From: Frankia alni ACN14a
GTDB taxonomy: Bacteria; Actinomycetota; Actinomycetes; Frankiales; Frankiaceae
Assembly: GCF_000058485.1 (NCBI RefSeq)
Contig: NC_008278.1
Span: 550,962-614,961 of the forward strand
Direction: 5' to 3'
Length of the DNA stretch: 64,000 nt
The translations under genes and the position numbers were made by a program. Under the pieces are notes generated by a model, which was not told where the DNA came from, did no database searches, and saw only the letters and a program-made list of their open reading frames with translations. The number at the start of each line of letters is the position of its first letter. Within the stretch, counting starts at the first letter, position 1. Shown here in pieces: positions 9,534 to 18,946 of the stretch.

Positions 9534-9581
9534 CGGCGGTGGCCGCCCCGGTGCCGAGGGACGCGGGGGGACGCGGCGGGG

Positions 9582-10025
9582 TCAGTCCGCAGGCGCCGTG
9601 ACCTTCTCCAGGACCGCGGTGTTCAGCCGGCGGATGCCGATCGGGGCGAAGGTGCGCTCGAAGAAGCCGCCGACCCCGCCGGCGCCGTCCCACGTGGTGG
9701 TCGCCGTGACCGTGCTCTGCTGTTCGCCGGCGCCGGGGGCCACCTGCCACCGGGTCTGCAGGGAGGAGTTCTGGTCCGCCTCGACGAGCGTGGTCGCATC
9801 CGGCGCGGACACCGTCGCGTCGACCTGGCGGACCCGCTTGCGGGTGGCCTGCAGCCGGTAGGCGATCCGGCTGCCCGCCCCGGTGCCGCCGGCCAGCACC
9901 CGGTACTCCGAGACGTTCTCCGGCCAGGACCGCGCGCGGGCGCCCTGGTAGTCGGCGAGCTTCGCGACGACCTGCTCGGGCGTGCCGGGTACGGCCCGCT
10001 GGACCACCACCTTGATCTGTCCCAC
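9582..10025 (-). CDS. SRPBCC (START/Bet v1-like, polyketide cyclase/dehydrase family) protein
   Basis: GTG start with a strong GGGAGGA RBS 7 nt upstream. About 147 aa. The sequence pattern fits the SRPBCC fold. Confidence 0.5.
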   Translation of the reverse strand: MGQIKVVVQRAVPGTPEQVVAKLADYQGARARSWPENVSEYRVLAGGTGAGSRIAYRLQATRKRVRQVDATVSAPDATTLVEADQNSSLQTRWQVAPGAGEQQSTVTATTTWDGAGGVGGFFERTFAPIGIRRLNTAVLEKVTAPAD

Positions 10026-10295
10026 CGCTGTTCCTCCCTCGCTGCCGGGCGTCCGCACGGGTCAGATTCGCACGCCGGCCGCGGACGCCGCACCGGGGCC
10101 GCCCGAGCACCGGTCGAGGATGGCCGGATCGATTACTCAGAGTTACATTGCGGGGACGCTGGCGGCGGCCCTGGAACCGGCCGCCGCCACCGGGGCGCCG
10201 GACGAGGGGGTAGGCCGATTTCTCGCGCATGGGCAGGTTATCCGCGTGCCTTCGGGGACCTCCTCGTCTTCTGCGCGGGCGCGGACAGCCGCGCG

Positions 10296-11489
10296 GTGGC
10301 TCCGCAGGACCGCCCCCGTTTCGTCACCGCCGGTGCACTGATGTTGCTGACCGCCGGGCTCGCCACCTACGCGGGAGCCACGGTCGCCGCGATGGGTCTG
10401 CACCGCTCGACTCTCGGCGCGGTCCCGTTCGGCCTGTTCTATGCGACGGTGATCTTCTTCATCGACCGGTCGGTGCTGCTGTCCACCCGCCCGTACCGCT
10501 ACGGGCCCGGCGGGACCGTTCGAGTGGGCCGCGCCGGTCCTTCCACCGCCATGCGGATCTTCATCGCCGTCTGCGCCGCGCTGCTCGTCGGGGAGACGCT
10601 GCTACTGAGGATCTTCGCGCCGTCGATCGCGCCGCGGGTCACCCAGATCCGCCAGGAGGACCTCGGCCGGGTGCTGCGCGGCTGGGATGCCAACCAGCTC
10701 GGCGAGCAGCGGGTCCTGCGCGACGACCTCGCCGCCCGCCAGCGTGCGCTGGACAGCGCCCACGCCCTCGTCACCGGCAAGACCGCCGAGGTGAACTGCC
10801 AGCTCACCGGGGGCGACGGCTGCCTGAGCGGCGAGGGAGCGGTGTACCGGATCAAACTGGGCGAGCTCGGCGCCGCGACCGCGGCGGTGACCACCGCGAC
10901 CGGCCAGCGCGACGCCGCCCAGGCCCGCCTGGACGTCTTCGACCAGTCCCGCGACGCCCGCCGCGCGCACTTCCGCGACCAGCAGACCGCCACCGTCGAC
11001 GCCGCCGACGACCTGCTGATCCGGGAGAAGGCGTTCTGGCGGCTGACGGCCGCCGACCACTCCGTGCTGCTCTGGCGGACGGTGCTGACCCTGCTGCTGC
11101 TCGGCATCGACCTCGGCCCGCTGATGTTCAAACGGACGCTGGAGCAGACGGAGCTGCGGCGCCGGGAGCGGCTCGTCCAGTGGCAGGGGGAGACCACCGA
11201 CGAGGTCGACGCCCAGCAGATCGGCCAGACTGCGCGTCGCCGCGGTGAGCTCGCCGAGGCCCTCGCCGAGGGCGCCGCCGCCCGTTACGGCCAGTATGTG
11301 CGGCGCCGGGACGAGATCGGCACCTCCCTGCGCGTCGCGGCCGACCTCGCCGACGCCGACGTCGGCCGCGAGCAGATCCGCATCGATCGGGACAGCCGGA
11401 TCCGCGACCTGCGCGTCCGGTACCGCGTGCCGGACCCGGCGCCGGCGCCGGACCCCGCCGACCGCGCCCACCGCGCCACGCCGTCCTGA
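10296..11489 (+). CDS. DUF4407 family membrane protein with long coiled-coil region
   Basis: N-terminal TM helices (FGLFYATVIFFIDRSVLL) are followed by a Q/R/A-rich coiled coil. Start uncertain (GTG at 10296 or ATG at 10341). Confidence 0.5.
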   Translation: MAPQDRPRFVTAGALMLLTAGLATYAGATVAAMGLHRSTLGAVPFGLFYATVIFFIDRSVLLSTRPYRYGPGGTVRVGRAGPSTAMRIFIAVCAALLVGETLLLRIFAPSIAPRVTQIRQEDLGRVLRGWDANQLGEQRVLRDDLAARQRALDSAHALVTGKTAEVNCQLTGGDGCLSGEGAVYRIKLGELGAATAAVTTATGQRDAAQARLDVFDQSRDARRAHFRDQQTATVDAADDLLIREKAFWRLTAADHSVLLWRTVLTLLLLGIDLGPLMFKRTLEQTELRRRERLVQWQGETTDEVDAQQIGQTARRRGELAEALAEGAAARYGQYVRRRDEIGTSLRVAADLADADVGREQIRIDRDSRIRDLRVRYRVPDPAPAPDPADRAHRATPS

Positions 11490-11645
11490 ACCGTCCGCCG
11501 TCCTGAAGCGTCCATGGGGCCGAAGCGTCCATGGGGCTGAACCGTGCGCCGGGCTGGAAGACCTGGACGTCGCAACGCCCGGGCACGTGGGGTCAGTCCC
11601 ACACGTGCCCGGGCGTCCGGTGGCCGGATCTCCCGGCGAGGGTCG

Positions 11646-12191
11646 TCAGTCGAGCGTGTCCGTGTCCTGGCGCCGGTGGCGCAGCACGACCAGCAGCAGC
11701 GCGAGCAGCGCCGCGGCGGCCGCGGCGGCGGTACCGGTGGCCCGGGGGTTCGCGGCGGCCTTCTGCCGGCCGGCGCTGACCGCCCCGCCCGCGGTGTCGC
11801 GCACCTGGCTCACCTTCGCCGCGACCTGTGGGTGGGAGTCGAGCTGGCGGTGGACCGTCTGGCTGGCGGAGCCGGCGGCGCTGCCGGCGGTGTCCCTGGC
11901 GCGCTGCGCGGTCGCCGCGACCTGCGGGTGCGCGTCGAGCTGACGGCGCACCGTGGCCTTGGCCTGGTCCGCGGTGTGGCGGGCCTTCTCGGTGGCGGTA
12001 CCCGTCGTCGCGGCCACCTTCGGCCGCACCGACTCGGTCGCCGAGCTCACCCGGCGCCGGAGGTCCTGCGCCGTGCGCCCGGCCACCTTCTGCGGGCTGA
12101 CGCGGTCGGAAAGCTCGTCGAGATCGTCGCCGAGCCGGGCCCGGGTCGCCTCGATGTCGGACCGGATCTCGTCCGGACTCGTGCTGGTCAC
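11646..12191 (-). CDS. DUF3618 domain protein (C-terminal membrane anchor)
   Basis: Repeated helical segments and a C-terminal hydrophobic AAAAALLALLLVVL. GTG start. Confidence 0.55.
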   Translation of the reverse strand: MTSTSPDEIRSDIEATRARLGDDLDELSDRVSPQKVAGRTAQDLRRRVSSATESVRPKVAATTGTATEKARHTADQAKATVRRQLDAHPQVAATAQRARDTAGSAAGSASQTVHRQLDSHPQVAAKVSQVRDTAGGAVSAGRQKAAANPRATGTAAAAAAALLALLLVVLRHRRQDTDTLD

Positions 12192-12270
12192 TGCCCACCT
12201 GGCCTTTCAGTCGGTATCTGCGGTGTTGCGGTCCGAGCCGTGTACGGGGAGCGGCGCGAGACGCGGCGGC

Positions 12271-12837
12271 CTACCTGCGTCGGCTCTGCGCCCACTGGAC
12301 GTCCTCGCGCAGCGTCTCCACGGTCTGCGTCGGGGCGGGGTGGACCTTGCGCACGGTGGAGCGGCCCTTCAGCGCCAGGACGGCGGCGACGGCGCCGAGC
12401 ACGACGGTGATGATGAGAGCCGCCCAGCCCAGTGCCATCACCTCCCCAAGCCCGAACATGACGGCCAGCAGGGCGAACAGCAGCGCGAAGTACCCGGCGC
12501 CGCCGGCGCCGGCGAACATGCCGGCCCCCTTGCCGGCCTTCTTCGCCTCCTCGCGGACCTCCGCCTTCGCGAGGGCGACCTCCTGGCGGAACAGGGTGGA
12601 GATGTCCGTGACGACCTCGGAGACGAGCTGCCCGGTCGATCCGCGGCCCGCCGAATGCCCCTCTCCGTCGTGACGGGCGCTCGAAGGCGGGGCGGTCGAG
12701 GTCGCGGCGGTCGGTGCGCGCAGCACCTGGGTCGACTCGTCCGGCGCGTCCACGTCGACACCGCCCCGGTACGCGGTAACATCGTTCGGGTACGGATCGG
12801 CGGCGACGTCCGGCTGCTGACGGTATGTGCTCGTCAT
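12271..12837 (-). CDS. phage-holin-superfamily (actinobacterial holin-X-like) membrane protein
   Basis: Central LFRQEVALAKAEVREE motif followed by two TM helices. GGAGA RBS. Confidence 0.5.
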   Translation of the reverse strand: MTSTYRQQPDVAADPYPNDVTAYRGGVDVDAPDESTQVLRAPTAATSTAPPSSARHDGEGHSAGRGSTGQLVSEVVTDISTLFRQEVALAKAEVREEAKKAGKGAGMFAGAGGAGYFALLFALLAVMFGLGEVMALGWAALIITVVLGAVAAVLALKGRSTVRKVHPAPTQTVETLREDVQWAQSRRR

Positions 12838-12929
12838 GGGGTCTCCTCGCGGGTTCTGCTGGCGGGGCGTCCGCGTGGCGGCACCCGTGGAACATCGTGT
12901 GGTCTGCGGAATTCCCCACCTTGGGCCGC

Positions 12930-14069
12930 TTAACCACGCCTCTCACGGCGTCGGAAACGAATTCCCGTCCTGATCCGTTCGGCCGCGCCCGCTGGGCGGT
13001 CGGTGGCGGTCTCCCCGTCCCGATCGGTCTCGGCTTCGGTCTCGGCTTCGTCGTCGGCCTCCGGCCGGTCCCAGGGGCGGCGGACGCCGACGGGGGAGGC
13101 TTCCGGATAGGTCTCGGGCGCGGTGGCGCCGGTCGCCTCGCGGGCCGCCTCGGCGTTGAGCAGCGCGCCGATGAGCACGACCGTGACGGCGTAGTACAGC
13201 CACAGCATGAGGATCACGACGCCGCCGAGCGCGCCGTAGGTCTTGTTGTAGTGGCCGAAGGCGCGCACGTAGAACGAGAACGCCACCGAGGCGACGATCA
13301 GCGCCACGGTCGCGACCACGGCCCCGACCGACGCCCACCGCCAGTTCGCCGGGGTGTGGGCCGGCCCGAAGCGGTAGAGCGTGGCGACCGCGGCCATCAC
13401 GATCATCGCCAGCACGAGCCACTGCACCACCGTGAGCACCACCCGGACCGTCCCGTCGGCCACGTGGTGGGACAGCAGGGAGCCGCCGGCGGTGATGCCG
13501 CCGACGATCAGCACCGCGACGACCACGCCCCCGAGGCTCATCGCGACCGCGAGGCCCCGCAGCCGGACCGGCCCGCGCGTCTCCTCCTGCTCGAAGGCCA
13601 CGGTCACGGCCTTGATCAGGTTCTGCGTGCCGGAGGAGACCGCCCAGAGCACCCCCGCGAGGCTCAGCAGCAGGCCGAGGCCGAGCCCGGAGTGGTTCGT
13701 CGAGACGATGCCGTTCAGCCAGTCCCGCAGCACCGCGCTCGTCGACGGGGACAGGGAGTCGGACAGGTCGGCGATCTGGTTGCTCACCGTCTGCGGGCTG
13801 GCGACCAGCCCGTAGACGGTGAGGACCGCGATGGCGGCTGGGAAGATCGACAGGATCGCCCAGAACGCCACGCCGCTGGCGATCAGCGGGATCGACAGGA
13901 TGGCGAGCTGTGACTTCACCCGCTTCGCCACGGCGAGCCAGCCTCGCGCCGGGACGGATGTCGGGCCGTGTTCGGGCGGGTCGACCTCCCGCACCGGCCG
14001 GCTGGTGCGGTGCCCGCGGTCGTCGTGGCGGTGCCCGAGAAGGACGGACGGATTCATGGCGATCTCCAC
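12930..14069 (-). CDS. YihY/BrkB family membrane protein
   Basis: About six TM helices with YihY-like spacing (ILSIFPAAIAVLTVYG, GVVILMLWLYYAVTVVLIGALLNAE). The C-terminus is acidic. Confidence 0.6.
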   Translation of the reverse strand: MEIAMNPSVLLGHRHDDRGHRTSRPVREVDPPEHGPTSVPARGWLAVAKRVKSQLAILSIPLIASGVAFWAILSIFPAAIAVLTVYGLVASPQTVSNQIADLSDSLSPSTSAVLRDWLNGIVSTNHSGLGLGLLLSLAGVLWAVSSGTQNLIKAVTVAFEQEETRGPVRLRGLAVAMSLGGVVVAVLIVGGITAGGSLLSHHVADGTVRVVLTVVQWLVLAMIVMAAVATLYRFGPAHTPANWRWASVGAVVATVALIVASVAFSFYVRAFGHYNKTYGALGGVVILMLWLYYAVTVVLIGALLNAEAAREATGATAPETYPEASPVGVRRPWDRPEADDEAETEAETDRDGETATDRPAGAAERIRTGIRFRRRERRG

Positions 14070-14173
14070 TGCCGTCGTGACATGGCGGCAGATGTACCCG
14101 TCCGGCCCTGCTCAACCCCCCTTCCGGGCCCTGTCCGCGGCGCCCGCCGCGGCGGGGGGCCTCCGTCGGTGCG

Positions 14174-15058
14174 TCAGTCGGTGCGTTCCTGAGGGGAGGA
14201 GTGCTCCCAGTCGGCCAGGATGGTGCGGATGCCCGTGACCAGCAGCAGCGGCCGGTCGAGCATCACGTGATGACCGGCGAGCGGAATCTCGATCACCGGC
14301 GCCACCCGGCCGAGCAGGTTGTACATCTGCACCCCGATGTCCGGCGTCAGCAGGCCGTACTCGGCCCGGAACAGCGCGACCCGACAGTGCACCTTGCGCA
14401 GCACCTCCGGGGAGGGCGTGCGGTTGCCGAACACCTTCGGGTCGAACTTCCACGTCCAGCCGCCCTGCACCGAGCCGATCGACCCGCGGGCAATGTGGTC
14501 GATGATGAACGGCAGCGAGCTCGGCTGGTCCGGAACCGTGCGGAACCGGGCGAGGGCGTCGGTCGCGGTCGGGTAGACCCGCAGCGGCCCGAAGGCGGTC
14601 CGGTCGCGGGCGGCCCGCTCCTCCGGGGTGAACTCCTGGACGGGGGAGTCGACGACGACGATGCCGGCGACCCGGTCCGGGTACTCGGCGGCCGTCGTGA
14701 TCGTGACCCAGCCGCCCATGCTGTGACCGATGATGATCGGCGGCGAGGTGATCCCGGCATGGTCGATGACGGCGATGACCTCCGCCGCCCATGTGCTCAG
14801 CGTGTAGTCCTCGCGCCGGTCGCTGTCGCCGTGCCCGGACAGGTCCAGGGCGACGACCCGGTACTCGCTGGGGATGAGGGGGGCGATGTGGTCCCACCAC
14901 CCCGCGTGGGCGGCGCCGCCGTGAACCAGGACGATCGCCGGCCGCCCGGCCGTACCCCAGCAGCGGTAGCTGATGGTGGCGCCGGCGACCTCGGTCTCGT
15001 GCCGCTGCGGTCGGCTGTCAAGGGCGGCCTCGAACCAGGCCGGTGCTTCGTCTTCCAT
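14174..15058 (-). CDS. alpha/beta hydrolase fold protein
   Basis: HGGAAHAGWWDH and the nucleophile elbow GHSMGG. The start was reassigned to the internal MEDEAPAWF ATG at 15056-15058. Confidence 0.7.
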   Translation of the reverse strand: MEDEAPAWFEAALDSRPQRHETEVAGATISYRCWGTAGRPAIVLVHGGAAHAGWWDHIAPLIPSEYRVVALDLSGHGDSDRREDYTLSTWAAEVIAVIDHAGITSPPIIIGHSMGGWVTITTAAEYPDRVAGIVVVDSPVQEFTPEERAARDRTAFGPLRVYPTATDALARFRTVPDQPSSLPFIIDHIARGSIGSVQGGWTWKFDPKVFGNRTPSPEVLRKVHCRVALFRAEYGLLTPDIGVQMYNLLGRVAPVIEIPLAGHHVMLDRPLLLVTGIRTILADWEHSSPQERTD

Positions 15059-15326
15059 CCCAGGTCTCTGCCGTTCGGGTCGTGGGGCGGGTGGTTCCGG
15101 TCGCCGGCCGGGCGGCCTGCGACGTGTCCCACCCTGATACAACACCGCTTGCCCGGAGTTCCGGGCCTTCCGGGGCAGGTTGTCGGATTGACGATGTGTC
15201 ACCTGGCCCGCTGCGACGGGGCCGTGACGCGCGTGTGACCTCCCGGGGCGCGGTGTGGACCGGTGGTGATCGGCCGGCGGCTGGTCAGGCGTGGCCGAGC
15301 GCCGGTCAGGCGTGGCCGAGCGCCGG

Positions 15327-16925
15327 TCAGGCGTGGCCGAGGCCGGTGATGTGGCCGGCCAGCACGGGGGTGCGCACACCGTCGGGCCAGCGCAGCGTCA
15401 CGCCCGCGCCGGGTAGCAGGATGCCGCACCGGGCCGAGGCTGCGGGTCCGGTCGGGGGCACCGGCCGGTCCGCACGGTCGGCTGTGATCATTCCGTAGCC
15501 GGGGAAGCAGGTCAGCCAGTCACCCATGGTCACCCCCGCTGGGCGTGGCACCGCCGCCACGTCCACCTCGGCGGCGCAGCCGCTGGCCTCGGCGAGCATC
15601 CCGAGGGTGCCGGCGATGCCGGCCATGCTGACATCCTTGGCCGCGCTGGGCCGGTGGCGGCCGGGCATCCGCACCATCGCCTGGAGTTCGGCGGTGCGCC
15701 GGCTGGCGGCCGAATCCCACTGCCGACCGGTGTATCCAGGGCGCCAGCCGCCGCCGAGGTCGACCGTGAGGGAGACGGCGTGGCCTGGCAGCCCGCCGCC
15801 GGCCGGCACCGGGTGCGCCGCGCGCCCGAGTGCCGTGACGGCCAGCGCCGCCCGGACGCCGAACTGGCTGTGCCCGCCGAGGATCTGCACGCCGTAGGCG
15901 TCCGCCGCCGCGCGCAGTCCCCCCAGCACCCGGGCGACGTGGGACGCGGTCGTCCCCGCCACCGCGTCGAGCAGGCCGATCGGGGTGGCACCCATGGCGG
16001 CGAGATCGTTGATGCTCACCAGCGCGCCGCACCAGCCGGCCCAGTGCGGGTCCCGCTCCACCATCGTCGGCATGATCGCGTCGCAGGCCGCGACGATGTC
16101 GCTGCCCGGCAGCGGGGCGCCGTCGTCGCCGACGAAGCCGGGCCCGCCCGGACGCAGCCCGGCGAGCACCGCTCCCAGCGGGGCCTTGCAGGACGCGACC
16201 AGCGCCGCGATCCGGTCGATGGGCCATCGCATCAGCACCCCCGGCCCGCGGGCGAGCGCCGCTGGGCCCGCCGTGGACCAGCCCAGCCGGCCGAAGAAGC
16301 GCTCCAGCTCCGGGCGCACCACCGCCTCGAGTCGGAGCACCCCGCAGTCCTCCGCCCGGGCGGCCGCGGCGCGCACGAGCGCGGCGGCGACGCCGGGGAA
16401 CTCGTGGCGTGCCCGGGCGGACACGGCGAGCCGGTCGCAGTACCAGGCGCCCAGGTCCGGCCCCGGCCACAGCGGTCCGAGCCGGATCCCACCGAGGACG
16501 GCGCCGTCGCCCCCCGCACCGACGGCCCGCGCGATCAGGACGACCGTCCGTGGATCGCCTTCCCGTGATTCGTCTGTCCACGGATCATCAGCTGGCGGTT
16601 CGTCGGCCCGCGAATCGTCGGTCCACGGACCGTCGGCCCGCGAATCGTCGGTTCGGGCATCGTCGCCGCCGGAGCCCTCGTAGCCGGTGTGGATGGCCGG
16701 GCTCGCGAGCTCGCGGTGGGCCGCAAGCGTCGCGGCGTCGCCGGCCTGCTCGATGCGGTACGGGGGCAGCCGCTCCAGGGTCCGTCGGTCGCCCCAGATC
16801 GCGAGGGTGTCGACCGGCTCGGCCGTCACGGGCGGCGCGGCACCCGCGGACAACAGTGCGTCGAGGACCGGCCGGGCCACCCGTGCGCGCCGGGGTGGGG
16901 CGGCCGGCGCGCCGTCGACGGTCAC
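15327..16925 (-). CDS. fusion of a GNAT N-acetyltransferase (MSMEG_0567/sll0786-like) and an AIR synthase-related protein (sll0787-like), i.e. Nit1C-cluster components
   Basis: The N-terminal half has the GNAT core (RTVVLIARAVG...GAWYCDRLAV...RLEAVVRPELERFFGRLGW). The C-terminal half has a PurM-like fold (INDLAAMGATP, ILGGHSQ). A low-complexity repeat insert sits near the N-terminus. GTG start. The family assignment is from memory. Confidence 0.55.
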   Translation of the reverse strand: MTVDGAPAAPPRRARVARPVLDALLSAGAAPPVTAEPVDTLAIWGDRRTLERLPPYRIEQAGDAATLAAHRELASPAIHTGYEGSGGDDARTDDSRADGPWTDDSRADEPPADDPWTDESREGDPRTVVLIARAVGAGGDGAVLGGIRLGPLWPGPDLGAWYCDRLAVSARARHEFPGVAAALVRAAAARAEDCGVLRLEAVVRPELERFFGRLGWSTAGPAALARGPGVLMRWPIDRIAALVASCKAPLGAVLAGLRPGGPGFVGDDGAPLPGSDIVAACDAIMPTMVERDPHWAGWCGALVSINDLAAMGATPIGLLDAVAGTTASHVARVLGGLRAAADAYGVQILGGHSQFGVRAALAVTALGRAAHPVPAGGGLPGHAVSLTVDLGGGWRPGYTGRQWDSAASRRTAELQAMVRMPGRHRPSAAKDVSMAGIAGTLGMLAEASGCAAEVDVAAVPRPAGVTMGDWLTCFPGYGMITADRADRPVPPTGPAASARCGILLPGAGVTLRWPDGVRTPVLAGHITGLGHA

Positions 16926-17081
16926 GTCGGGTTGTTCGTCGGCATCGAGTGCTTCCAGTCGGTCGGGGCGTGGCCTGGCCGGTGGGGGCGTGGCCTGGTC
17001 GGTCCGCGCGTGGCCCGGTTGGTCAGGGCGTGGCCTGGTTGGTCAGCGCGTGGCCCGATTGGTCGGGGCGTGGCCGGTTGG

Positions 17082-17591
17082 TCAGAACATGAAGGTGGAA
17101 TTGATGATCGCGCCACGCCGGGTGTACTCGATGACGCAGTCCTGGATGTCCAGCGGATGCGCGGGTATCACCCCGTCGATGACGTCCTCCTCGCGCAGGC
17201 CGTGCAGCGACAGTCCGAACCGGCAGACGTAGACCTTCCCGCCCTCCTTGATGAACGTCTCGATCTGGTGATTGATGTTGTGCTCGCCCGGAAACGCGGA
17301 ATCGCCGGTGTGCGGAAATCCTCGGGTCGCCATCGTGTTCATCGCGCCGGGCCCGTAGAAATAGAGGACGGACTCGAAGCCCTTGCGTAGGGCGCGGGTG
17401 GCCTGCAATATCGCGACGAAGCTGACCGACGACTCGTGTGCGATGCCGTGGACGAGGGTCAGGTAGCACTCGCCGTCACGGGCCTGGTAGTCCGGGAAGA
17501 TCTTGGTCGATCCGTACAGGTTGCTACCCGGGGGGAGTGCCGGATGGGGAACCTCGTTGAGGCTCTGCCGGTCGTTCTCCGTCAGCTCCAT
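17082..17591 (-). CDS. sll0783/MSMEG_0572-family (DsrE-like fold) nitrogen-starvation-response-like protein
   Basis: 169 aa (MELTENDRQSLNEV...YLTLVHGIAHESS...VYVCRFGLSLHG). GAGGAGCG RBS. Local GC is about 60 % against about 72 % in the flanks. Confidence 0.45.
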   Translation of the reverse strand: MELTENDRQSLNEVPHPALPPGSNLYGSTKIFPDYQARDGECYLTLVHGIAHESSVSFVAILQATRALRKGFESVLYFYGPGAMNTMATRGFPHTGDSAFPGEHNINHQIETFIKEGGKVYVCRFGLSLHGLREEDVIDGVIPAHPLDIQDCVIEYTRRGAIINSTFMF

Positions 17592-18052
17592 GAACGCTCC
17601 TCGATCGGGCCCGGGACGTGACTGCACGGATCGCCTGTCGCCGGTCTCACCGGGGCGCCGCCGGTCGTCGTCGACGACAAAGCGCGGACGGTACCGGCGG
17701 TCGGCACGTGCCGCGGAGATCCCCTTGTTGCACGCGTTGCAGTCAAGCACCTCGCCGATTCCCGTGTGCGACGAACACGACGATCCGCGACGAAGCCCGG
17801 GCTTTCTGGTCCCGGTATGGCCGCGGCGGACCAGACGGCATTGTCCGCAGCCCGATCGAGGTCTTTCTTTGCAACGATTGACCGGCCTGGGGTGATTTGC
17901 GCACTGTCGCCGGCACCCCCAGAACCAGCGGAGGCTTTGCCGAATCACGGATGGTTTGTGCCTTCGGGTCGACCAGGGCCGCCGGCCGGCGCCGTGCGCA
18001 CCGGACCGGGAATCGCCCGGCGGCGCAACGGTGGACCGGGGATGCTGGGGGG

Positions 18053-18946
18053 GTGCGATATGCCGTGCTTGCCGACCTCCACGGCCGACCGGGGGCGCTG
18101 CGGCGGATCCTCGCCGCCGCGGCGGCGGCGGGCGCCGACGAGATCGTCTGCCTCGGCGACTACCTGGAGGCGAAGGTCCCACGTCGCCTGCACGATCCCT
18201 CGCGGTTCTGGCCGCTGGAGCGCGTCGTCGACCCCGACCCGGCGCTGTGGGCGCGTCTCGCCGGCATCCGCCGGGTGCTGGGGAACCAGGAGCTGCGCAT
18301 CCGCGAGCTGCTGCGGCCCGAGCAGGTACCCGCCGACCTCGCCGTCCTGCTGGACGCGCCCGAGCGGGATCGCCTGCACGGTCTCGTGGGCCTGCACGGC
18401 CACCAGATCCGTTGGTCGACCGGTCGCGCCGAGCCCGTCGGCGGCCCGGGTGAGCCGGGTGAGCCGGGTGAGCCGGTCGGGACGGCGGCCGACGGCTCCG
18501 CGGACGGGCGGGCTCTGCTCGTGCCGGTCGCCGCCGACGTCCCCCGGGTGCCGGTAGTGGTGGTGGGGCACACCCACCAGGAGGCCATGTTCGAGATCGT
18601 CTGGTCCGACACCGCCCTTGGCGGCGATGCGGCGGACGGCCCGGCGGTGGGGCTGGTGCGGCCTGCGGGGATGCCGGGGCCTGCGGGGATGCCGGACCCT
18701 GCGGGGGTCGTGCGGACGCTGCCTCCCGTCGAGCCCGGCCGGCCGGTCGCGGTGCGCCTCGACGCGGGTCCGTCCGGTGGGGGTCCGTCCGGTGGGGGTC
18801 CGTTCGACACGGGTCGCACCGACACCGGTCGGTTCGGTGCTGCCACGCTGGTGGTCAACGTCGGGCCCGCCCGGGGCAAGCCGTCGCACTGGTTGTTGTA
18901 CGACACGGACCGTGGCGAGATCAGCTTCCAGCGAGCGGTCCGATAG
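18053..18946 (+). CDS. metallophosphoesterase (calcineurin-like)
   Basis: VRYAVLADLHGR, GDYLE, GNQE and VVVVGHTHQ motifs. GTG start after a GGGGG stretch. It has a PGEPGEPGEP insert. Confidence 0.65.
   Translation: MRYAVLADLHGRPGALRRILAAAAAAGADEIVCLGDYLEAKVPRRLHDPSRFWPLERVVDPDPALWARLAGIRRVLGNQELRIRELLRPEQVPADLAVLLDAPERDRLHGLVGLHGHQIRWSTGRAEPVGGPGEPGEPGEPVGTAADGSADGRALLVPVAADVPRVPVVVVGHTHQEAMFEIVWSDTALGGDAADGPAVGLVRPAGMPGPAGMPDPAGVVRTLPPVEPGRPVAVRLDAGPSGGGPSGGGPFDTGRTDTGRFGAATLVVNVGPARGKPSHWLLYDTDRGEISFQRAVR

Noticed and set aside
12271-12837. Prophage suggested by the holin-family gene
   Set aside because: There are no integrase, terminase, capsid or tail genes, and no att-like repeats. The neighbours are host membrane proteins.
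15520-18889. Long alternative-frame ORFs overlapping the GNAT-AIRS fusion and the metallophosphoesterase
   Set aside because: They are antisense or frame-shifted shadows with Arg/Pro/Gly-rich translations.
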